Assembly: GCA_051874735.1 (NCBI GenBank)
Contig: JBJEGD010000026.1
Coordinates: 64,001-128,000 of the forward strand
Length of the DNA: 64,000 nucleotides
DNA from: Candidatus Bruticola sp.
Lineage (GTDB): Bacteria > Vulcanimicrobiota > Xenobia > Xenobiales > Xenobiaceae
Reading direction: 5' to 3'
Shown here: positions 46,409 through 54,337 of the stretch, piece after piece
How the letters are laid out: each line of letters starts with the position of its first letter
Position numbering within the stretch: the first letter of the stretch is position 1
Translations under genes and position numbers: made by a program
Notes under the pieces: generated by a model
What the model saw: the letters and a program-made list of their open reading frames with translations, nothing else
The model's database searches: none
Told to the model about the DNA's origin: nothing

Positions 46409-48958
46409 TTATAACTCCGATAGGGGAGTATGTAGCAGTCGGCTGTAATAACTGATGATTTTTTTAGTCTGTTCTCGATTTTCATTTAAAAGTTCTATAC
46501 GGAAGGAAACTACTCCGGATCTGCCCAGCATAGGTAGTAGTTTTTGCCTCTGTTTGGGAGTCTGATCGAAGATTGTATTGCGGCAGTAGCAGTCTGTGCG
46601 CACTAAATGTGAATATTGCATACGATCTATTATATAAAGATCTTTTTTCAGGCAAGGTTGGCCGCAGCTTTTAGAGTCTGAGCCTGAACTAAGCAAGTTG
46701 GCGTAAAGACAATGACGGGAGTGAAAAACTGGTAAATGTCTATATAGGGTAAATACTAAACGCTCTGTGGGTGACATAGATGGGGGATAATTGGAGGCTA
46801 ATTTTTTTAGGCCACCGAGCAAAACTGTCAGCTTTTGTTCGTCTAGATCGTCGCATGGTGTCAAAGTGTCTAGGCCTAGTCTGAGTAAAGTATCAAAAGT
46901 TAAAGAATTAACTGCATTAAATGAAAAATCGCCGTGCAGAGCGGGAATTTTTTTGCCCTGGAGCCGCAAGTTTATACAATATTGCAGACTGCCTAAATTT
47001 CGCAGGAGCAAAGCCTCTGGATTAAATTTTAACAGCTTATCTAGAATTGAAATTTCACCTTGTTTTTGAATGCGTGGAGCAGCTAAGCACAAGGGCAGAG
47101 CAGAAGAAGTAGAACGAATAGCTTGGATCATTAATTCAAGTTTTTCGGGGCGGAAAGCTTCCAATTCCAGAGAAGTGCATCCCATTTCTAGTGCTGTTTC
47201 TGTTTGTTCTAAGGTGCGGCACAGCACATTTAAGCAATTTTTAGTTTGAATTGCTTGGCGTCCCTGCGGATCGGGTAGAATAAAAGAAGAACGGTTATCT
47301 GCTTGAGGTAGCGTATTTTTTTTCTGCTTCAGATACTCAATTATAGAAGCAGTCAAAGTGCGGCGCATTGGTTTTAATTCTGATAAAGGTAGGAACAGTC
47401 CCGGAGCCAAAGACTCTGCCTGGACATTTTCCAAATGCAAGGGGGTATTGCTGAGGTCTGCAAATTTTTCAGCTATGGAAGTTGCTGTTAAAGCGTTTTT
47501 TTGGGCTTTGCTTAATATATTGTGGCTGCATACTGTAAATTCTTGTTCTATTCCACTTACTGAGGCTCTGATCTGTAAGGGGTTGTTTAAAGAACCGCTA
47601 ATAGTCAAATTTAAAGACAGTCTGCCCCGGCGCGGTTCATGCATAGATTGACTGATGCGTTTGACCGTCGCAGGGGAGCTAGTAACGTAAACTAAATCGC
47701 CAATATGTACTTTAGATAGATCGGGACCTGGTTTGCTGAAGCCTAGAATAGCTTCTCCTGCATGGGATGAACAAGAGAAAATCGGTCCCCCTTGTACTTC
47801 TTCTGCTGAATTTTTTTTAGCTAGATCGGAAAGAAATAGCACGCCCATGCCGTTTTGCAGTATTATGGGGGCTGCTTCTATAGATCGTCGATCGCGCTCG
47901 CATGATGACAATTTTACTCTTATTTTGTAGCCGTTTTTAGCTATTACAGTACCTAGCAGTTGCCCTCTGTGTTTAGGATATCCTTTTTGGGTGAAAGTTT
48001 GATGATTTACTGAACTTAAGAAGCCAGGAGTAAATCCTCGGGAAAATGTAACATTTAAATCACTTATGTTGCGGCGAAGTTCCAATATTTGGGCCTCTTC
48101 CGGATTGCGGAAGTTCCCTGCCGTATCAAAGTGAGCATCGACCCATGAGCGCATTGTTTTTACGGCCATGTAAACATAGGCAGCTCCCTTCAGTCTCCCT
48201 TCTATTTTAAGCGAACTTACCTGAGCTTTAATCAGCTCGTTTACTTTATTAAAACCTGCTAAATCACAGGGACTGAGCAAATGAGAGGGGGCAGAAAGTT
48301 TGATGAGACCAGAGCTAAAATCGAGTTTTTGTCCATGTGGCAGAGCTGCCCAACGAAAAGGTAGGCGGCAGGGCTGAGCACATTGTCCTCTATTAGCTGA
48401 ACGTCCGCCCCAAGTTAAACTGGCTAAACATTGGCCGCTGAAGGAGACGCATAAAGCTCCTAGGGCAAATACTTCTAATTCGCAGTCAGTATCTTTTTTT
48501 ATAGAAGCTATATCGTTTGAACTAAGCTCTCTGGCGACAACAACCCTTTGAAATCCCAGATTTTTAGCTAAAGAAACTCCGCAGCTGTCGCTTATAGTCA
48601 TTTGAGTGCTGGCATGGAGACGCACTGAAGGGGCCAGTTGACTAGCTAGTCGAGCCACTCCTAAATCTTGAACGATTAGGGCATCTACTTGGCATTTTTC
48701 AATTTCACGCAGAATATTTTCCAGTTTAGACAGCTCATCTTCAAATACTAGAGTGTTTAAAGTTATATAAGCTTTAGCTCCGGAATGGTGAATTTCATCT
48801 ATAGTTTGTTGTAGTGTGGAAAGAGTAAAGTTTTGGGCTCTGGCTCTGGCATTAAAACCTTCAGAAAGACCAAAATAAACTGCGTCTGCCCCAGCCTGTA
48901 AGGCTGCCTGCAAAACTTGATAATCGCCCACAGGGGCTAAAACTTCTGGCTTGAACAT
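46409..48958 (-). CDS. U32 family protein, long RlhA-like form with DUF3656
   Basis: PEVLAPVG, GADAVYFG, FNAR, HASTQM, LCVSFSGQC, RSANRGQCAQPCR, KIEGRLK. Confidence 0.9.
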   Translation of the reverse strand: MFKPEVLAPVGDYQVLQAALQAGADAVYFGLSEGFNARARAQNFTLSTLQQTIDEIHHSGAKAYITLNTLVFEDELSKLENILREIEKCQVDALIVQDLGVARLASQLAPSVRLHASTQMTISDSCGVSLAKNLGFQRVVVARELSSNDIASIKKDTDCELEVFALGALCVSFSGQCLASLTWGGRSANRGQCAQPCRLPFRWAALPHGQKLDFSSGLIKLSAPSHLLSPCDLAGFNKVNELIKAQVSSLKIEGRLKGAAYVYMAVKTMRSWVDAHFDTAGNFRNPEEAQILELRRNISDLNVTFSRGFTPGFLSSVNHQTFTQKGYPKHRGQLLGTVIAKNGYKIRVKLSSCERDRRSIEAAPIILQNGMGVLFLSDLAKKNSAEEVQGGPIFSCSSHAGEAILGFSKPGPDLSKVHIGDLVYVTSSPATVKRISQSMHEPRRGRLSLNLTISGSLNNPLQIRASVSGIEQEFTVCSHNILSKAQKNALTATSIAEKFADLSNTPLHLENVQAESLAPGLFLPLSELKPMRRTLTASIIEYLKQKKNTLPQADNRSSFILPDPQGRQAIQTKNCLNVLCRTLEQTETALEMGCTSLELEAFRPEKLELMIQAIRSTSSALPLCLAAPRIQKQGEISILDKLLKFNPEALLLRNLGSLQYCINLRLQGKKIPALHGDFSFNAVNSLTFDTLLRLGLDTLTPCDDLDEQKLTVLLGGLKKLASNYPPSMSPTERLVFTLYRHLPVFHSRHCLYANLLSSGSDSKSCGQPCLKKDLYIIDRMQYSHLVRTDCYCRNTIFDQTPKQRQKLLPMLGRSGVVSFRIELLNENREQTKKIISYYSRLLHTPLSEL

Positions 48959-48993
48959 AAAAATTTTTCCTAAAATTAATGCTGACGAAAATA

Positions 48994-49749
48994 TTAAAAC
49001 TGAAAAGAATTAGGAGTGCCCTGCCAATTTATTAAAAATGCCTGTAAAGAGTCTGGATGGAAGTTCAAGGCCAAAGATAAGCACATGTTTGGTATAAAGA
49101 AAGAGCTCTTTAAGTACAAGCAGCTAGGGGAGGGAAGAGGGCCTGAGCGAACGTTGACGGGGAGTTGGTGCAGAACTTCGAAGCTGTCAAGGCGAGTGCG
49201 CAAACCTGTCCCCCACATTTTTAAGCAAGCTTCTTTACGGGTCCATAAATAGGCAAATTCTTGTCTTTGCTTAAGCTCGTTGCGGTAAGCTGACAAGTGT
49301 TGCCATTCCTTTACGCTGAAAAAACGCTCAGCTAGAGCAAGCATCGGATGTGAAGGAATTTCTTCTAAATCGATGCCTAACTCTACCCTAGCAGCGGTAT
49401 CGGAAGAGTCTGCTGCTGCTAAAACCGCCCAATTACCTGAATGGCTGAAGTTAAAAGGAATTCGCTTAGGAAATGAAAGTTGCGGTTTGCCTAATTCTGA
49501 AGCTGTAAAGACCAACTTGGCTGCTTCTTTATAAAGTTCAGCTGAGCCTTCAGTTAAACTTTTGTTCATTATTTGGGCTAAAAAAAAGCGCAGTCCTAAA
49601 TGGGACAACACAAAGCGGCGCCTGAGATGGGGAAAAATCAGCTTATTGGCACGCTGAAGCTCCTCTCGGCTGAGCAGAATATTGCAGCGTGATTCTAGCT
49701 CAGCCGGAAAACTGCATAAATTAAAGCAGATTATTTTTACCGTAGTCAA
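48994..49749 (-). CDS. Sfp-type 4'-phosphopantetheinyl transferase
   Basis: GKPQL, FNFSHSG, LGIDLE, WTRKEACLK..G.GL; TTG start overlaps the fabI end region. Confidence 0.9.
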   Translation of the reverse strand: MTTVKIICFNLCSFPAELESRCNILLSREELQRANKLIFPHLRRRFVLSHLGLRFFLAQIMNKSLTEGSAELYKEAAKLVFTASELGKPQLSFPKRIPFNFSHSGNWAVLAAADSSDTAARVELGIDLEEIPSHPMLALAERFFSVKEWQHLSAYRNELKQRQEFAYLWTRKEACLKMWGTGLRTRLDSFEVLHQLPVNVRSGPLPSPSCLYLKSSFFIPNMCLSLALNFHPDSLQAFLINWQGTPNSFQF

Positions 49750-49758
49750 AGAATTCGT

Positions 49759-50520
49759 TTACATTCCCACTATATTGTAGCCGCAGTCTACGTGCAGAAC
49801 TTCACCCGTAATAGCCGAAGAGGCTTGGGACAGTAAGAATACAGCACTTTGACCTACTTCAGAAGCACTAACGCAACGTTTTAAAGGAGAACGCTCGCTG
49901 GTAATATGGAGCATATCAGTAAAACCGTGTATGCCTCTGGCGGAAAGAGTTTTTATAGCTCCAGCTGAAATAGCATTAACTCTAATATTTTGTGGCCCTA
50001 AATCGGCAGCCAAATAGCGCACTGAAGATTCTAAAGCCGACTTAGCTACTCCCATAACATTGTAATTTTTTACAACTTTCTCTGCCCCAAAGTAACTTAA
50101 AGATACAATGCTGCCACCTTCTGTCATCAAAGGAGCTGCTCTGCGGGCTAAGGCTACTAGTGAGTAGACACTTGTTTCCATGGCTGTGATGAAACCGGCG
50201 CGTGAAGTATCAACAAAGCGCCCCATTAAATCTTCGCCTTTGGCAAAGGCTACAGAGTGAACTACAAAATCGAGTTTGCCCCATTTACTTTCAATTTCTT
50301 GGAAAAGAGCGTCTAAACTATCCTCATTGTTGACGTCGCAGGGTAGGATATAATCAGCTTTTAAACTTTCAGCTAAAGGACGCATGCGTTTCTCAATGGC
50401 AGCATTGAGATAAGTGAAACCTAACTCTGCTCCCTGTTTAGACGCTGCTTCGGCAATACCCCAAGCTATGGAATTGGCATTGGCTAAGCCTACTATTAAA
50501 CCGCGTTTACCTTGCAGCAT
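49759..50520 (-). CDS. fabI: Enoyl-ACP reductase
   Basis: GLANANSIAWGIA, VHSVAFA, YNVMGVAKSALE, RVNAISAGAIKT. Confidence 0.96.
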   Translation of the reverse strand: MLQGKRGLIVGLANANSIAWGIAEAASKQGAELGFTYLNAAIEKRMRPLAESLKADYILPCDVNNEDSLDALFQEIESKWGKLDFVVHSVAFAKGEDLMGRFVDTSRAGFITAMETSVYSLVALARRAAPLMTEGGSIVSLSYFGAEKVVKNYNVMGVAKSALESSVRYLAADLGPQNIRVNAISAGAIKTLSARGIHGFTDMLHITSERSPLKRCVSASEVGQSAVFLLSQASSAITGEVLHVDCGYNIVGM

Positions 50521-50649
50521 TTGTTCCTTCTCCTTAAATAAGTTTGGCTTACAAATTGTAGCAAAATTTTTTCCTCACCCTTCAATTTTATAATTTGTCT
50601 ATCCTTCAGATGGACGTTCCTTTTTAGGGTATAGGCCTTTTTCCATAAT

Positions 50650-50680
50650 AAAAAAAGAGCCCCCCTTCAGGGGAGCTCCC
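50650..50680 (-). terminator. Intrinsic terminator of copy 1
   Basis: Minus strand GAGCTCCCC-TGAA-GGGGGGCTC followed by U tract. Confidence 0.8.
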
Positions 50681-50704
50681 TATTAGTTAGCCGCTAACTA
50701 CAGA

Positions 50705-50977
50705 CTAGCTGCGAATGTACTCATCCCACTTGCCAAACATCTTGTCCTGGGTTTTGGCGCGGTTCACAGTTACATCCTGCTGGATCTCGAAGATCTTAGT
50801 CTGGGTGTCCTGGAGGATTTTCCAGCGTTCCATCTGCTGCTTCTGAGCATCGGCCTGCATCTGGGTGTAAATAGTTTGCGCCTGCTGAAGGTCACTGGCA
50901 GTCATTTGAGCTGCGGACGCTGCGGCTGCGAAACCGCCACCACCTAAAAAGTTACTTATACCACCGAAAATACCCAT
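50705..50977 (-). CDS. 90-aa Gln-rich helical protein, paralogue 1 of 3
   Basis: GGAGG RBS supports ATG 50977; MGIFGGISNFLGGGG...WDEYIRS. Confidence 0.9.
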   Translation of the reverse strand: MGIFGGISNFLGGGGFAAAASAAQMTASDLQQAQTIYTQMQADAQKQQMERWKILQDTQTKIFEIQQDVTVNRAKTQDKMFGKWDEYIRS

Positions 50978-51018
50978 TGTACTTACCTCCATAAGGTAAA
51001 ATTTTTTTTCTTGCCCCT

Positions 51019-51047
51019 AGTATCACGTGTACAATTAAAAAAGTAAA
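51019..51047 (-). promoter_or_regulatory. Putative promoter TTTACT-N17-GATACT of copy 1
   Basis: Same motif and spacing recur upstream of all three paralogues. Confidence 0.6.
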
Positions 51048-51180
51048 GACTTCTTATAGAAAAAATAATTTTTTTATATATTTGATAAAAATATTAAAAC
51101 AATAGATAAATATCAGATTAAGAAGCAGAAACAGCTAAGTCCACGTCTTTGCTGATGCCTGGCAAATTTCATTTAAATAT

Positions 51181-51219
51181 AAAATGTGCTCCCGTCCTAA
51201 GGGCGGGAGCACATTTTTT
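51181..51219. terminator. Intrinsic terminator of copy 2 (bidirectional type)
   Basis: AAAATGTGCTCCCGTCC-TAAG-GGCGGGAGCACATTTT. Confidence 0.85.
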
Positions 51220-51249
51220 CAGTTATTCTTAAACGTTTGAAAGATCAAA

Positions 51250-51522
51250 CTAACTGCGGATGTACTCATCCCACTTGCCGAACATCTTGTCCTGGGTTTT
51301 AGCGCGGTTAACGGTCACATCTTGTTGAATTTCGAAAATCTTAGTCTGGGTGTCCTGGAGGATTTTCCAGCGTTCCATCTGCTGCTTCTGGGCGTCGGCC
51401 TGCATCTGGGTGTAAATAGTCTGGGCTTGCTGAAGATCACTGGCTGTCATTTGAGCTGCAGACGCTGCGGCAGCATAGCCTCCTCCGCTGAACATACTGG
51501 TTAAATTGCTTAGAATACTCAT
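51250..51522 (-). CDS. 90-aa Gln-rich helical protein, paralogue 2 of 3
   Basis: GGAGG RBS; identical to copy 1 from AAAASAAQMT to the C-terminus. Confidence 0.9.
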   Translation of the reverse strand: MSILSNLTSMFSGGGYAAAASAAQMTASDLQQAQTIYTQMQADAQKQQMERWKILQDTQTKIFEIQQDVTVNRAKTQDKMFGKWDEYIRS

Positions 51523-51568
51523 ATTTTATTTACCTCCATAGGAGAAAAAAATTTATTTATTTGATAAT

Positions 51569-51597
51569 ATTATCAGCTTATTTTTATCTGTAGTAAA
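51569..51597 (-). promoter_or_regulatory. Putative promoter TTTACT-N17-GATAAT of copy 2
   Basis: Same motif and spacing as copies 1 and 3. Confidence 0.6.
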
Positions 51598-51659
51598 TGG
51601 ATATTTATTTAAGGATAATAAAGCAAAACTAATGAATTCATTAATATAAACAAGCAAAG

Positions 51660-51698
51660 AAAAACTGCCCCCAAACTTCGTTAAGGAGAGAGGGCAGT
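51660..51698 (-). terminator. Probable terminator of copy 3
   Basis: ACTGCCC / GGGCAGT stem with U tract on the minus strand. Confidence 0.5.
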
Positions 51699-51779
51699 CT
51701 ATCTTAGATTTATCCTATATGGTAGAGATAAATTTTACGCTTAAACCTAGAAGCGATTCTGTCAGTTAGTTCCTTTTGA

Positions 51780-52052
51780 CTAGCTGCGGATGTATTCATC
51801 CCATTTACTGAACATTTGGTCCTGGGTTTTAGCGCGGTTAACGGTAACATCTTGTTGAATTTCGAAAATCTTAGTCTGGGTGTCCTGAAGAATCTGCCAG
51901 CGTTCCATCTGCTGTTTCTGGGCGTCAGCCTGCATCTGGGTGTAAATAGTTTGGGCTTGCTGAAGGTCACTGGCTGTCATTTGAGCTGCAGACGCTGCGG
52001 AAGCATAGCCTCCTCCGCTGAACATACTGGTTAAATTGCTAAGAATACTCAT
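51780..52052 (-). CDS. 90-aa Gln-rich helical protein, paralogue 3 of 3
   Basis: GGAGG RBS supports ATG 52052; four substitutions versus copy 2. Confidence 0.9.
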   Translation of the reverse strand: MSILSNLTSMFSGGGYASAASAAQMTASDLQQAQTIYTQMQADAQKQQMERWQILQDTQTKIFEIQQDVTVNRAKTQDQMFSKWDEYIRS

Positions 52053-52099
52053 AGTGTTTGCCTCCATTAATAAGAGTTTCAGAGCTTTCTCTTATTGAA

Positions 52100-52128
52100 A
52101 TTATCAGGGCAACAAAATAGCGCGTAAA
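52100..52128 (-). promoter_or_regulatory. Putative promoter TTTACG-N17-GATAAT of copy 3
   Basis: Same motif and spacing as copies 1 and 2. Confidence 0.6.
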
Positions 52129-52304
52129 TATAGAAAGAATAGAGTTAAATAAGGTACAAGTTAGAGATAATTAAAAAATTAAAAACAAATTTAAAAAGAC
52201 TGTTTTTAGTATAAAATCTATAAAAATATTGTAAACAAGAGATTAAATTAAAGGTTAATAATTTAGTTAAAAAGAGCGTAATTTGAAACTAGTGACCATT
52301 ATTT

Positions 52305-53777
52305 TCATACATCGTTATTTTTTATTTCAAAACAGGCTAAGCGTCCATCTTTGCTGATTATATAAAGGTTATTGCCGCCTATAACTAGAGGACAGAAGGG
52401 AACGAAAGGAAGCTGATATTCTTTTTTTATACGTCCAGTTTCAGCATCTAAAACCAGCAGAGCCTTTTGTTCAGTTGCTGCTAAAACATTGCCGTTCCAA
52501 TATAAAGCTGGAGAGGCCGGCGTTCCCGGTATTTTGCAGCTCCAAAGCAGACGGCCGCTTAGAGAAGACAGAGATATTATTCTGCTATCTTTTTTTACTA
52601 CAAAACAGCGCGGTTTCTTGAAATCGAAACTGGGAGCGCCGATAAAATATCCTTCAGAATTAACTTGGTAAATGTTATTATTGGGCAGCGATGACTTCCA
52701 GATTAACTTAGCGTGCAAATAGTTTTTGCCACTATCTGTAGAATTTAATGCATAGCAGAAAACGGTTCCGTCCATGGCTGTAAAATACAGTAAATCTTTG
52801 ATGAGGCGAACGGGACTGCGGAATTCCATATTACTTTTGCCGATAGTTTGCTGATAGACTTTTTCTGTATTTTGCAGATCTACGATCCATAATTGGCCGT
52901 CTAAAGTAACGGCGCATAATAATTCCTTTTGGTAAGTGCATATAACTGTTGGGGTGCTAACAAAAAGTTTGTTTTGCAGGCTACCGCATTTGAGCAAATT
53001 CCAGTTGGGTTTTGCTCCTTGGTCGTCAACTTGGGTGATTATGCCGTCTCCGGATAAGCAGACGATACCGTTTTTGCTAAAACAAGGTGAACTATAGGCT
53101 AATCTGGGCAAAGAACCCAAATTCAGCCGCAGTAGCTGATTTTTAAAACGTCTGTATTCAGCTTTGCGTTTTGCGTTGGATAAAGCAGCAGCTATGCCTG
53201 TTTCTCCTGTATGTTCAGTTTTTTTCTTATTAAAATCAATCAGATGATCATATGGAAAAGGTAATATCCAAGAATTTACTTCCCCACTAATAGCTTTTAA
53301 TCTCACAATAGAACAATCTTTAGTAGTCAAAGTGAGGGTATTGTCAGAAAAAAGAGGTGGAGCTGCTGCAGGGGCTGGTAACTGAAAGTTCCACAATAAT
53401 AAGCCGCTAGCTGTATCGTAGGAAGATACACGTTTGGTAAACGCAGAGCCTACGCAAAGCATCTGGTTATTTACTCGCATCCAGTTAGGAACTGCTTGAA
53501 AATTAGCTTCCCAAAGTGGCACAGAGGTTATATAAAATTTACCATAAGCAGAGTTAATGTTTGGCTTGTCTGCCTTATCACCTTCTGAACTTGCTGATGA
53601 AGTTTTAACTGCAGAATCAGGCTCATCTGTAATCGGTGCTGCTTGCAGAGGAATCTGACATAAGTATAGAGATGCCAGCAGCGGAAATATATGTAAATAA
53701 CTAGGCTTGGTAAACATCATCTGCTTGTTGGGTTCTTTCTGTTCCAGCCTGATCCTTGCTGAAGGGCAATTTCGCAT
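52305..53777 (-). CDS. Exported PQQ-type beta-propeller protein (BamB-like); start probably 53720
   Basis: Signal peptide ending LQA; DTASGLLLW, SGRLLW, LDAETG blade motifs; divergent from bamA. Confidence 0.7.
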   Translation of the reverse strand: MRNCPSARIRLEQKEPNKQMMFTKPSYLHIFPLLASLYLCQIPLQAAPITDEPDSAVKTSSASSEGDKADKPNINSAYGKFYITSVPLWEANFQAVPNWMRVNNQMLCVGSAFTKRVSSYDTASGLLLWNFQLPAPAAAPPLFSDNTLTLTTKDCSIVRLKAISGEVNSWILPFPYDHLIDFNKKKTEHTGETGIAAALSNAKRKAEYRRFKNQLLRLNLGSLPRLAYSSPCFSKNGIVCLSGDGIITQVDDQGAKPNWNLLKCGSLQNKLFVSTPTVICTYQKELLCAVTLDGQLWIVDLQNTEKVYQQTIGKSNMEFRSPVRLIKDLLYFTAMDGTVFCYALNSTDSGKNYLHAKLIWKSSLPNNNIYQVNSEGYFIGAPSFDFKKPRCFVVKKDSRIISLSSLSGRLLWSCKIPGTPASPALYWNGNVLAATEQKALLVLDAETGRIKKEYQLPFVPFCPLVIGGNNLYIISKDGRLACFEIKNNDV

Positions 53778-54337
53778 GTTAACTACTGTAGTAAATCAAG
53801 ACGCAAACTGTATACTCTCTTGTGTTTGTTTTTGAATTTGCTTTAATTTTTTCTATGAAGGATAGGCCTAGAGGGTAGCGAAAAAGGGCGGGATTTTCTG
53901 CAGAGCTGTGCTTTTTAGGGGCTACTCTGCTGTATGCAGCTGCGTCCGCTGTTTTGAGACAGCAGAGGCAATTTACAAGGAAGCAGGTTCATTTGTCTAT
54001 CTTCTGGCTGAGCAAGGGGAAGGGTTGTTTGCAGAAAAAATCTGCTTTAGGCGGGTGGTATAAGGGGGGACATTCACTGCAGAAACGCTGGCGGTGCCGC
54101 GACTAAATGCAAACAATGTGCGCGCAGATGATGCACCATAAAATGACAAACGGCACAGGCTATAAGATATGGTTAGCGTGTGAAGCTACCCGCTAGTTTT
54201 TGTCTCCATTGCAGATACATTTGTTGCGATAGTTGAAAAATATTAAATATAGAGAATGTTAGTAGGTTTGTGCCTTCAGCGCCGTTAAGCTCCAGCTTGA
54301 GGCGGCAGCCGCACTTCGTTTTTATTGGAGGAATTAA

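Noticed and set aside
48994-50520. Sfp-type PPTase as sign of an NRPS/PKS cluster
   Set aside because: It is coupled to fabI with no synthase nearby; likely serves fatty-acid ACP
51710-51970. 86-aa alternate-frame ORF over paralogue 3
   Set aside because: Out-of-frame shadow of the conserved 90-aa gene
50705-52052. Three long direct repeats as a CRISPR array or assembly artefact
   Set aside because: Units are full ORFs with synonymous differences and distinct flanks; no repeat-spacer periodicity and no cas genes
50705-52052. WXG100/type VII substrates or type IV pilins
   Set aside because: No central W-x-G motif, no prepilin cleavage motif or hydrophobic helix, and no such machinery in the window
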